Positions 29,323-38,451 of a stretch of DNA of 64,000 nucleotides are shown here, piece after piece. The notes below the pieces were generated by a model that was not told the DNA's origin, ran no database searches, and was given only the letters and a program-made list of their open reading frames with translations. The position numbers were made by a program, and so were the translations under genes. The stretch's first letter is position 1; every line of letters begins with the position of its first letter. Where the stretch lies: positions 3,040,001 through 3,104,000 of the forward strand of contig OZ220741.1 of NCBI GenBank assembly GCA_965116885.1, read 5' to 3'. The stretch comes from Candidatus Latescibacterota bacterium (lineage in GTDB: Bacteria > Latescibacterota > UBA2968).

Positions 29323-31380
29323 TTGGCAACCGATGAACCAAGAGATACAGAAGAAACAAAAGAGGATCTGACAGAATACGAACAGATTATGCCAGAGGAC
29401 GCGCCCTTTGAAGATGGCTTTGGCTTGAAGACGATATGGGCGACCATGTTCGTTGGGATTGTCATGTTGCCGGGGGCGATTTATTTGGGCCTGGTGACCG
29501 GGCAAAGCATGGCCGGCGCGTCTGAGTGGGTGACGATTATTCTCTTTTTAGAGATTGCCAAGCGCTCTTTTGTTCGGCTCAAGACACAGGAAATTTTGAT
29601 TATCTATTGGGTCGCTGCAGGGCTGTTGGGCATTGGGGTAAAACTCGGCTCCGGCGCGCATCTATACGGTGGACCTTTTGGAGGGTTGATCTGGGATCAG
29701 TATTTGATTCAGTCACCCGCGGCAAAAGGTTTGGATAGTTATATCCCAAATTGGGTGACGCCGCCTCTGGATTCGCCAGTATATGCCGAGCGCACGTTTG
29801 TGCATACCGACTGGATTTTGCCGGTGTTGATTCTGTTTCTGGCCATGATCATCAATCAGACTGCGCGGCTGTCCTTTGGGTATGTGATGTTTCGCATTAC
29901 CAGCGATATCGAACAATTGCCTTTTCCGCTGGAACCCGTTCACGCGAGAGGTGTTACGGCACTGGCTGAGACATCGGCCAAAGCCGAGGGTTGGCGGTGG
30001 CGCGTGTTTAGCACGGGAACGTGTATTGGTCTGGTATGGGGATTGCTCTATGTGGTTGTGCCCACGTTGTCGGGCATTTTTCTTACGGAGACAGTTCAGG
30101 TTCTGCCGATTCCGTTTATCGATTTTACCGCCGAAGTAAAAACCATATTGCCCGCTGCTGTGTTTGGCATAGGAACGGATTTGGGGCATTTATTGATCGG
30201 TTTTGTCCTGCCGTTTTACGTGGTGGTGGGGTCGTTTATCGGTGCTGTGCTCGCCAATCTGGTGATTAATCCAGTGCTTTATCTTCACACAGATGTCTTG
30301 AGCCGATGGGCACCAGGGATGACGGCGATTCCCGCAAGTATTTCCAATCGTTTTGACTTCTGGTTGAGTTTTGGGATCGGCACGTCATTCGTGATCGCGT
30401 TCACCGGATTTTATATGGTGGGTAAAACACTGTTAGAACAGCGCAAGATTCAGAAGGAAACAGGACATCACTCGGTAAAAATTAGTATGGAGGATTTGCC
30501 CGAAGGGCGAGGGGATATACCGATGAAGTGGCCCCTTGTTTTGTGGGTCATGGCTTCTTTGGCAGCCATTGGGCTGTGCCAGTGGCTCGTACCGGAATTT
30601 CAATGGTACTGGCTGGTTTTCTTCGCGTTTATTTATACGCCTATTTCGTCTTATATCGGTGCACGAATGATCGGTCTTACGGGCAGTCCTTATGGGGCGA
30701 GCATTCCGTATATTCGGGAAGCGGCCATTTTTCTGTCGGGGTATAAAGGTGTGGCGGTGTGGTTTGCTCCCATTCCTCTGCACGACCACGGGCTGGCCGT
30801 GCGACAGTTTAAGCAACTGGAATTGACCAAAACGAAGATTGGCAGTTATATCAAAATGGTGGTGATTACGACTTTTGTGATTTTCATCTGCAGCTTTATG
30901 TTCTATGAGTTTATCTGGCGTTTGGGTCCCATTCCATCTGCGACATATCCCTACGTGCAGTTGTTCTGGCCATTTGAAGCTACGATGCAAACTATGTGGC
31001 TCAAATCGACTTTGCCACCTGGAGAAGTGCAAGGTGCTGCGGGTCTGGAACTCCTGACAGATATTATCAAGGCAGAATATATAGGTGTTGGTTTCGTTAC
31101 AGGGGGACTTCTCTATCTGGTACTGGTCGCAGCCAAGGTTCCCGTGCTGGCATTTTTCGGTTTTGTGAATGGTCTGGCGCAATGGCCGCATTTTGTCATT
31201 TTGAATTTTGCCGGGGCGATGCTGGGGCGATATCATTTTGCCAAGCGATTTGGCGAGTCCAAATGGAACGCTTACGCGCCTATTTTATTAGCGGGTTATT
31301 CCTGCGGCATGGGGCTTATTGGCATGACGTCAATTGCCGTGGCTCTGATCTCCAAAGCCGTGTCTCAAGTGGTTTTCTAA
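29323..31380 (+). CDS. OPT (oligopeptide transporter)-like polytopic membrane protein
   Basis: About 16 hydrophobic segments, 'EQLPFP' motif. TTG start after GGAGG. Confidence 0.65.
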   Translation: MATDEPRDTEETKEDLTEYEQIMPEDAPFEDGFGLKTIWATMFVGIVMLPGAIYLGLVTGQSMAGASEWVTIILFLEIAKRSFVRLKTQEILIIYWVAAGLLGIGVKLGSGAHLYGGPFGGLIWDQYLIQSPAAKGLDSYIPNWVTPPLDSPVYAERTFVHTDWILPVLILFLAMIINQTARLSFGYVMFRITSDIEQLPFPLEPVHARGVTALAETSAKAEGWRWRVFSTGTCIGLVWGLLYVVVPTLSGIFLTETVQVLPIPFIDFTAEVKTILPAAVFGIGTDLGHLLIGFVLPFYVVVGSFIGAVLANLVINPVLYLHTDVLSRWAPGMTAIPASISNRFDFWLSFGIGTSFVIAFTGFYMVGKTLLEQRKIQKETGHHSVKISMEDLPEGRGDIPMKWPLVLWVMASLAAIGLCQWLVPEFQWYWLVFFAFIYTPISSYIGARMIGLTGSPYGASIPYIREAAIFLSGYKGVAVWFAPIPLHDHGLAVRQFKQLELTKTKIGSYIKMVVITTFVIFICSFMFYEFIWRLGPIPSATYPYVQLFWPFEATMQTMWLKSTLPPGEVQGAAGLELLTDIIKAEYIGVGFVTGGLLYLVLVAAKVPVLAFFGFVNGLAQWPHFVILNFAGAMLGRYHFAKRFGESKWNAYAPILLAGYSCGMGLIGMTSIAVALISKAVSQVVF

Positions 31381-31487
31381 AATAAAATGATGGGTGGAAC
31401 TTTTATCCGGGCATGTGTCGTCTAATCTGTTGCGATTTATGCCCGGATTTTTATAGGCATTTTTTAACTTTTTCAAAGGAGCAGATT

Positions 31488-31991
31488 ATGCAGAGATTTC
31501 GACTCTTCGGTTTTTTGGCAGTGGCAATGGTTATGGTTGCGTCCTGCGATTTGTGGGCACAGCCGCAAAGAGGCGGTCAAGGTCAACGCGGTCAAGGTCA
31601 ACGCGGCGGCGTTCAGGTGCAGCGTTTTTTGCCGGTTGAACAGGCGCTGACCTATCTGGCGTTTAACGAGAATGTCGCCCTGAGCGATGAGCAACTCGTC
31701 AAGGTGCGCGCATCACTCAAGGGGATTTATGCAAAACGCCAGGAGTTGCAAAGAAGCCTGCGCGGAAGCAACGACCAGCAGGCGGCCATGCAGAAAGTGC
31801 GCGCTCTGCGAATGGAAATGATGCAGGGCCTGACAGCCATTCTCAATGAGAACCAGACAAAGGTATTTCAAGAACAGATGCAGCGGATGGGGCAGCGCGG
31901 GCAACGCGGTCAGCGCGGCGGGCAAGGTGGTCGTGGTGGGCAAGGTGGTCGTGGCGGGCAAGGTGGTCGTGGCGGTGGTGGCGGTGAGTAA
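31488..31991 (+). CDS. secreted Spy/CpxP(LTXXQ)-like protein with Gly/Gln/Arg repeats
   Basis: Signal peptide, 'LSDEQ' and 'ILNENQ' motifs, GQRG/GGQGGR tails. Confidence 0.7.
   Translation: MQRFRLFGFLAVAMVMVASCDLWAQPQRGGQGQRGQGQRGGVQVQRFLPVEQALTYLAFNENVALSDEQLVKVRASLKGIYAKRQELQRSLRGSNDQQAAMQKVRALRMEMMQGLTAILNENQTKVFQEQMQRMGQRGQRGQRGGQGGRGGQGGRGGQGGRGGGGGE
31917..31970 (+). repeat. coding 18-bp tandem repeat x3 (GGQGGR)
   Basis: ggYgggcaaggtggtcgt x3. Confidence 0.9.
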
Positions 31992-32023
31992 AGACTCTAC
32001 GTCTGTTCAGTGTTAGAGATGTC

Positions 32024-32063
32024 AAAACGCGGGTTTCTTTGAAGAAGCCCGCGTTTGTTTTTT
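32024..32063 (+). terminator. intrinsic terminator
   Basis: aaacgcgggtttctt/aagaagcccgcgttt stem plus T tract. Confidence 0.8.
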
Positions 32064-32127
32064 CCGGTGTGCTTGTTTATCACAAAAAAATGGGTTACAT
32101 TATCTCCCATTGCAATGGGAGGGTTTT

Positions 32128-33483
32128 GTGGTACCTGAGTCTATTAAACATCTCAAGCGGCCTTTTTCATTTGCGGTTGTGAGTGATACGCATTTTGTGA
32201 CGCGAGATTTTATTGGGCAGGCATTTGACGCGACAAGGCCGCTCAGCACTGAGGGGTATGTGGAAAATGTAACCTATTCGCTCGCGCCAATGATGGATGC
32301 TCTGCGCCATCTCAAACCGGACTTTATAGTTTTGACCGGCGATGTGGCCGAACCCCCGTTGGATCCAGAATGTCACCGCGAGAATCTCAAGGCTGCGCTG
32401 GATTTTTTTTCTACATGCGATATTCCCCTGATCGTCGCTCGTGGCAATCACGATGGTACTTCGGCTTTTGATGAGGTTGTGGGGCCGCGTATTGCACAGT
32501 TTTTAGGTGAGGCACCCAGGGCGCATTATTTTTCATTTGAGGTGGATGGTTGCCAGTTTATTATTCTGGATACGCCATTTTGGAATACTGAGCAATGTCA
32601 GTGGCTCGATGCCGTATTAAAAGAAAATGCTTATGCACCGTCCTTTTTATTGGGGCATCATCCTATATGGCCGGTAGCCCGCGCTTTTTTTTATAATCGC
32701 GATTTTCAGACGGATATGGTCGATCTTCTGTCTCGGCACGCGATTGATGCCTATTTTTGCGGGCATTCACACAATCAAAGCATTGTGTTGCACCGCACGC
32801 CCTATTTGCCGGTGTTGCAGTGTATGGGTGCTCTGGTCGGGTTGTCTGATACGCCGCCACTTCCGCTCAACCGAGTTCAGGCCCTTTTACCCACGTCCGA
32901 TGATCTTATGGCTGTTTGGCCCGGATATATTGAAAATACGGCTCCGGGGTGGTTTATGGGATATGTTGCACAGGGCCGGGCGCGTGTGGAATGGCATCAT
33001 ATTAACCGCGGGGCCGAAGCCCTGGTGCGCTGGTTTCGCCCTGGAGACATTCAGACGTTTTGGACAATGGATCCCGCGCCACCAGCTCAACTCATTGAAG
33101 CAAATTTAGGGCGTATTCGCCAGGGGATCCTCCGTTTTTGTGCCTGGGATAGTATGGGAGATGCGCGCGTATTTCTCAATGGATATGAGATTGGTCTTTT
33201 GCCGCGTGCAGATAATTTTACGCCCAGTCGTCTGTCTTTACCACCCAACGCGCTCGCTTGTTTACAGATGGAAAATAAGGTGCGTATTGAACCAGCTGAG
33301 GGAAGTGAGATAACGCTTGGCAATCTGGTTCTCGAAGTGGTATTGCCCGGTGGTCGTTATGTGCGGTCGCTGGTTTTCGAAGATATTTATACGTGGTCTG
33401 ACCGGTGGGAGGGGTATGAATATGAGACGTTGCAAAAGATGAAACCGGGACGACCGTTATCAACGGTGTTGTCTTTCAGGTGA
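32128..33483 (+). CDS. calcineurin-like metallophosphoesterase with C-terminal extension
   Basis: 'SDTH', 'TGD', 'GNHD', 'HHP', 'GHSH'. Confidence 0.85.
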   Translation: MVPESIKHLKRPFSFAVVSDTHFVTRDFIGQAFDATRPLSTEGYVENVTYSLAPMMDALRHLKPDFIVLTGDVAEPPLDPECHRENLKAALDFFSTCDIPLIVARGNHDGTSAFDEVVGPRIAQFLGEAPRAHYFSFEVDGCQFIILDTPFWNTEQCQWLDAVLKENAYAPSFLLGHHPIWPVARAFFYNRDFQTDMVDLLSRHAIDAYFCGHSHNQSIVLHRTPYLPVLQCMGALVGLSDTPPLPLNRVQALLPTSDDLMAVWPGYIENTAPGWFMGYVAQGRARVEWHHINRGAEALVRWFRPGDIQTFWTMDPAPPAQLIEANLGRIRQGILRFCAWDSMGDARVFLNGYEIGLLPRADNFTPSRLSLPPNALACLQMENKVRIEPAEGSEITLGNLVLEVVLPGGRYVRSLVFEDIYTWSDRWEGYEYETLQKMKPGRPLSTVLSFR

Positions 33484-33490
33484 GGATGTG

Positions 33491-35530
33491 ATGGACGATA
33501 GAAGAGATACCAATAGATTGGTCCACGAGACCAGCCCGTATTTATTGCAGCATGCACACAATCCCGTTGCGTGGTTTCCTTGGGGAGAAGAGGCGTTTGA
33601 AAAGGCTCGGGATGAAGACAAGCCCATTTTTTTAAGCGTGGGATATGCGGCCTGTCATTGGTGCCATGTGATGGCGCACGAGAGTTTTGAAGACGAGGAT
33701 ATTGCGCAGATTATGAACGCGCATTTTGTCAATGTGAAGGTCGATCGGGAAGAACGTCCCGATGTCGATGAAATTTATATGAATGCGGTACAGGTTATGA
33801 CCGGTTCCGGGGGATGGCCTATGAGCGTGTTTTTAACACCTCAGGGTGTTCCGTTTTACGGAGGTACGTATTTCCCGCCGGAGAGCAGGCACAACATACC
33901 GGGCTTTCCCCAGGTTCTGGAATCCGTTGCCAGGCATTATCGAGAAAAAGGTGAAAATGTCGCAGATGTGGCGAATCGGTTGCAGGAGCACTTGCGGGCA
34001 ATGGCGCATATTGATGCTTTGGCAGATGACCTGACTGAGGCGGATTTTGATGGCGCATTTCAAAAGATTAGATCGAATTTTGATTTTCAAAATGGCGGGT
34101 TTGGCACACAGCCCAAGTTCCCCAATTCGATGAATCTCGATGTGTTTTTGCGAGCCTATTTGCGTACGGGGGACATAGAGGCACGCGCGATGGTAAAATT
34201 GACGCTCGAAAAAATGGCGCGCGGGGGCATTTACGATCAGCTCGGTGGGGGATTTCATCGCTATTCTGTGGATAGCCGCTGGTTGGTACCTCATTTTGAG
34301 AAGATGCTGTATGACAATGCACTGCTCGCACAGCTTTATACACAGACTTATCAGGTGACGAGGCAACCGTTTTTTGCGCGCATTGTTAGGTCAATTCTGG
34401 ATTATACGCGTCGAGAGATGACTGCGCCAGAGGGCGGTTTTTATTCTACGCAAGATGCCGATAGCGAAGGAGAAGAGGGCAAGTTTTTTGTGTGGACGCC
34501 GCAGGAGGTGGTGGATCTATTGGGCGAAGAAGAAGGGGCGGTATTTTGTCAGTATTTCGATGTGACGGAGCGGGGCAATTTTGAAGGTAAAAATATTTTG
34601 AATATTCCTCGTATTTATAAGGTAGATGAAGACGCAATGGCGCGCAGGTGTGCAATATTGTTTGAGGCGCGAGAAAAGCGCGTAAAACCCGGACGAGATG
34701 AAAAAATCCAGGTGAGTTGGAATGGGATGATGATTTCGGCCTTTGCCCAGGCATATCGGGCATTTGGCGATTCCGTTTATCTGGATAGTGCGTCAGATGC
34801 GGCTCAATTTATCCTGGAGAATATGTGTACGGATCGCGGGCTTTTGCTGCATACTTATAAAGATGGTCGCGCGCGTTTCAATGCCTATCAGGATGATTAT
34901 GCCTGTTTGATCGTTGGGTTAGTCGATCTGTACGAGGCGAGTTTTGAGCCTTCTTATCTCATTGCTGCCCGCGATTTTATGGAGGTGATGATCGATCAAT
35001 TTTGGGATAATGAAGATGGCGGATTTTTTTATACGGGAAGAGATCACGAGGAGTTGATTGTGCGTTCAAAAAATCCCTTTGACAATGCGACTCCCTCTGG
35101 CAATTCAACAGGGGCGATGGCACTGCTGCGATTGGGGACGCTGCTGGAGCGCGAAGATTGGCGGGATATGGCCGCCCGTATTTTGCATCTTTTTGGCAGA
35201 CATATTCGGGAGGTGCCTTCGGGTTTTGGCAATATGATTTGTGCCCTGGATCTCTATTTGCAAGGGGCAGTTGAGGTTGCTGTTTTGGGCGATCGAGACA
35301 GTGCGGATACGGTTGCACTGCTCGATGTGGTAAATAAAACATGGCGACCCAATGTCGTTTTGTGCGGGGGAAGTGATCCCGTGTCCGACGCTATTCCGCT
35401 TCTGAAAAATCGCGGTATGATCGACGGGCGCGCTACGGCTTATGTATGCCGCAATTTCGTCTGTTCAGAACCCGTTACAGATGCCGAGGCACTGGAAAAA
35501 TTACTGGATGAAGTTGGTTCGGGACAGTAA
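33491..35530 (+). CDS. thioredoxin-domain/six-hairpin protein (YyaL/SPATA20, DUF255)
   Basis: '[17 protein letters not shown]', 'CHWCHVM', '[10 protein letters not shown]'. Confidence 0.95.
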   Translation: MDDRRDTNRLVHETSPYLLQHAHNPVAWFPWGEEAFEKARDEDKPIFLSVGYAACHWCHVMAHESFEDEDIAQIMNAHFVNVKVDREERPDVDEIYMNAVQVMTGSGGWPMSVFLTPQGVPFYGGTYFPPESRHNIPGFPQVLESVARHYREKGENVADVANRLQEHLRAMAHIDALADDLTEADFDGAFQKIRSNFDFQNGGFGTQPKFPNSMNLDVFLRAYLRTGDIEARAMVKLTLEKMARGGIYDQLGGGFHRYSVDSRWLVPHFEKMLYDNALLAQLYTQTYQVTRQPFFARIVRSILDYTRREMTAPEGGFYSTQDADSEGEEGKFFVWTPQEVVDLLGEEEGAVFCQYFDVTERGNFEGKNILNIPRIYKVDEDAMARRCAILFEAREKRVKPGRDEKIQVSWNGMMISAFAQAYRAFGDSVYLDSASDAAQFILENMCTDRGLLLHTYKDGRARFNAYQDDYACLIVGLVDLYEASFEPSYLIAARDFMEVMIDQFWDNEDGGFFYTGRDHEELIVRSKNPFDNATPSGNSTGAMALLRLGTLLEREDWRDMAARILHLFGRHIREVPSGFGNMICALDLYLQGAVEVAVLGDRDSADTVALLDVVNKTWRPNVVLCGGSDPVSDAIPLLKNRGMIDGRATAYVCRNFVCSEPVTDAEALEKLLDEVGSGQ

Positions 35531-35585
35531 TTTGAACGGAGGCGTCAACAATTTAACAGCTAAATTCCAAATGAAAGGATATGTT

Positions 35586-36131
35586 ATGGCAGATGTTTTG
35601 ATTATAGGCGATGGACCTGCGGGATTGAGTGCCGCGTTGTTTTTGGCGAAGAATGGTCAGAATGTGACGGTGTTTGGTCAAGATGGGACGCCGATGCACA
35701 AGGCGATGCTTTACAATTATCTGGGTATTCCCGAGATGACGGGGAGTGAGTTTCAGCGGGTAGGTCGAGCGCAGGTCCAGAATTTGGGCGGCAAAATTGA
35801 GGATGTAGAAGTGACCGATGCCGAAAAGACCGATGGGGGGTTTGCGGTTACAACGGGGGATGGAGATCGAAGAGAAGGGAAGTATCTCATTTTAGCTACC
35901 GGTACAAATACCAAATTGGCCGAGGGGCTGAGTTTGGCTAAGGAGAATAAGGGTATTGTTGCCGATGGCGATGGTCGCACTTCCGTTGAGGGGCTTTTTG
36001 CAGTGGGTTGGAATACGCGTCTCATCCGCACGCAGGCGATTATTTCCGCCGGGCAAGGTGCCGCAACTGCGCTGGAAATACTATCGCTCGAAGCTGGTGA
36101 AGATTTCCATGACTTTGATGTTGTTGAATAA
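35586..36131 (+). CDS. short FAD-binding thioredoxin-reductase-like protein
   Basis: 'IIGDGPAGLSAA', 'LATG', 'TSVEGLFAVG'. 181 aa. Confidence 0.82.
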   Translation: MADVLIIGDGPAGLSAALFLAKNGQNVTVFGQDGTPMHKAMLYNYLGIPEMTGSEFQRVGRAQVQNLGGKIEDVEVTDAEKTDGGFAVTTGDGDRREGKYLILATGTNTKLAEGLSLAKENKGIVADGDGRTSVEGLFAVGWNTRLIRTQAIISAGQGAATALEILSLEAGEDFHDFDVVE

Positions 36132-36151
36132 GGTAAGATAAATTTCTTCGG

Positions 36152-36201
36152 GAGGTTCCAGGGCCTGTGCAGGCAGATGGGTATCTGGAACCTCTTTTTT
36201 T
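36152..36201 (+). terminator. intrinsic terminator
   Basis: gaggttccag/ctggaacctc stem plus T7. Confidence 0.65.
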
Positions 36202-36239
36202 GCTTCTGAATGATTGAAACCAGGAATGGAGGAAAAAGT

Positions 36240-36443
36240 ATGGCCGGACAAGGTTCGGGCGGCAATGTTCTTGCAGCTTTGTGTAGCTTTTTTATTCCGG
36301 GTTTGGGGCAGTTGCTTCAGGGACGTTTGCTCATTGCCCTTTTCCAATTTTTCCTGGCGGCCATCCTGTGGTTTATCTGGATGGGCTGGGTGATCCACCT
36401 GTGGTCGGTTTTGAATGCGGCCCGGTGGAGACCAGGAGATTAA
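36240..36443 (+). CDS. small two-TM membrane protein (TM2-like)
   Basis: 'AALCSFFIPGLGQLLQGR'. GGAGG RBS. Confidence 0.8.
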   Translation: MAGQGSGGNVLAALCSFFIPGLGQLLQGRLLIALFQFFLAAILWFIWMGWVIHLWSVLNAARWRPGD

Positions 36444-36455
36444 GAGGGACTTCAG

Positions 36456-37604
36456 GTGAAAATTGATGCCGCGGAAATTCGATATGTCGAGTTGCCACTG
36501 ATTTCGCCATGGCGCACGGCTTATGGCGAGGATGCGACGATTCATTCGGTGATGGTTAAACTCTCGGGCGGGGGGACCTCTGCCTGGGGTGAGGCTACGC
36601 CGTTTTACGCGCCGACTTATTCACCCGAGTCGGCCCGATCTGTTTATGAAACGGCGCGGGAATTTTTCTTGCCGTATATCGTGGGGGAGCAGATAGAGAC
36701 AGCGGCGGAACTGATGGCGCGGATTGCGGTGTTTAAGGGCAATCCCTTTGCCAAAGCGGCTGTGGAGACTGCGTGGTGGGCATTGGATAGTAAGTTGAAG
36801 GGCGTACCGCTCTGGCAGTTACTGGGCGCGACTGATCCTACGGTGGCATGTGGGGCTGATTTTGGTGTGCAGGATACGATTGATGAGCTTCTGTCGCTGA
36901 TCCAGAGTGCTGTGGATGTGGGGTATCCTCGGATAAAGCTGAAGGTACGACACGGATGGGATATCGAGATGCTCAAAGCCGTGCGTTCGGCTTTTCCCGA
37001 TCCCGTGATTCATGTGGATTGCAATTCGGGGTATGATTTGAACGTGGATTTTGATACACTCAAGGGATTTGATCAGTTCAATTTGGCGATGATTGAACAG
37101 CCATTGGATCATCTGGATCTGATCGAGCACGCGGAGTTGCAAAGCCAAATCGAGACGCCTGTTTGTTTGGATGAGTCGGTCAAACGTCCGCGGGATTTTG
37201 AACTCGCCCTGAAAATTGGCGCATGTCGCGTGATCAATGTGAAACCCGGTCGCGTGGGAGGCTTGTTAAACGCTGTGAAAATTCACGATATGGCGCGCGA
37301 TGCGGGCATAGATGCGTGGGTGGGCGGGATGCTGGAGAGCGGTGTTGGCGCAGGGATTTGTGCGGCGTTGGGTACGTTGCCGGGATTTAACTATCCGGCA
37401 GATGTGTTTCCATCCCGCAAGTTCTATGTTGAGGATATTACAAATCGGTGGATTGAGCAGGATGAGAACTGCAATGTGGTACTGGATGAGACACCCGGCG
37501 TTGGGTTCGATCCAATTCCCGAGCGTCTGGAGAAGGTGACGGTTATGAAGGCGCAGCGTCTGGAGAAGGTGACGGTTATTTTTCCTCAATCGGCTCTACG
37601 GTGA
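36456..37604 (+). CDS. menC: o-succinylbenzoate synthase / N-succinylamino acid racemase (enolase superfamily)
   Basis: 'KLK', 'VDCN', 'IEQP', 'CLDES', 'NVKPGRVGG', 'GGMLES'. No other men genes nearby, so an NSAR role is plausible. Confidence 0.8.
   Translation: MKIDAAEIRYVELPLISPWRTAYGEDATIHSVMVKLSGGGTSAWGEATPFYAPTYSPESARSVYETAREFFLPYIVGEQIETAAELMARIAVFKGNPFAKAAVETAWWALDSKLKGVPLWQLLGATDPTVACGADFGVQDTIDELLSLIQSAVDVGYPRIKLKVRHGWDIEMLKAVRSAFPDPVIHVDCNSGYDLNVDFDTLKGFDQFNLAMIEQPLDHLDLIEHAELQSQIETPVCLDESVKRPRDFELALKIGACRVINVKPGRVGGLLNAVKIHDMARDAGIDAWVGGMLESGVGAGICAALGTLPGFNYPADVFPSRKFYVEDITNRWIEQDENCNVVLDETPGVGFDPIPERLEKVTVMKAQRLEKVTVIFPQSALR
37522..37579 (+). repeat. 25-bp direct duplication at the menC 3' end
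   Basis: agcgtctggagaaggtgacggttat at 37522-37546 and 37555-37579. Confidence 0.95.
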
Positions 37605-38451
37605 CAGATACGGTGAGCGCGTGTTGACCGCCGCCCAGGACCACGCCTTTGAGAGGGGTGACGTCGGCAAAGTCACGGCCCCAGGATACGGTGACGTGCC
37701 GGTCATCGGGCATGAGATTGTTGGTCGGATCAAAGTCGATCCAGCCGTGATTGGGCAGGTAAACAGAGAACCAGGCATGGGAGGCATCTGCGCCAATCAG
37801 GTAATCTGTTCCAGGGGAGGGCAGGGTCTCGAGATAGCCGCTGATATAGCGTGCGGCCAGACCCATAGCGCGGAGGCAACCGATGGCCAGGTGGGCAAAG
37901 TCCTGGCACACGCCTTTGCGGTGTTTGAATACATCGGATAATGGCGTGGATATGGTGGTGAATCCAGGTACGTATTCAAAGTCGTTGTAGATGCGTTGGG
38001 TGAGGTCGCTAACCGCTTCTATAAAGGGACGGTCTTTAGAAAATGACGGTTCTGCATATCTTGTCAACTCGGGGGCGGTAGATACTTTGGGGGAGTCGAG
38101 TACAAATTGGCGCACTGAAAGAAGGTTGGGATCGGTTGTGGTTTTGAGGATGTGATACACAGTTTCCCAGGGCATATCGCTGGTCAATTGGGTTTGCGAT
38201 ACGATATGCACATCGCTTTCTGCTGTGACTGAGAGGATATTGTGGGGTTGTTCGATGGAAAAATAGGCGGTGCGATTGCCAAAAAAATCTTTTCGCTCGC
38301 GAAAAGATGCTGGCTGTGGATTGATGGTGATGTGGCTATTCAAGCATGTCTGATTGAAAAAACTGCGCGGGCTCAATCGGGCTTGATTGTGAGACAGGCT
38401 CACGGTCTCTGCATATTCGTAGTGGCTCTGATGTGTGATGCGATAATTCAT
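37576..38451 (-). CDS. bacterial transglutaminase-like protein (N-terminal domain + core)
   Basis: Catalytic triad in 'GVCQDFAH', 'SHAW', 'FDPTN'; also 'GRDFADVTP'. Confidence 0.93.
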   Translation of the reverse strand: MNYRITHQSHYEYAETVSLSHNQARLSPRSFFNQTCLNSHITINPQPASFRERKDFFGNRTAYFSIEQPHNILSVTAESDVHIVSQTQLTSDMPWETVYHILKTTTDPNLLSVRQFVLDSPKVSTAPELTRYAEPSFSKDRPFIEAVSDLTQRIYNDFEYVPGFTTISTPLSDVFKHRKGVCQDFAHLAIGCLRAMGLAARYISGYLETLPSPGTDYLIGADASHAWFSVYLPNHGWIDFDPTNNLMPDDRHVTVSWGRDFADVTPLKGVVLGGGQHALTVSVTVEPIEEK

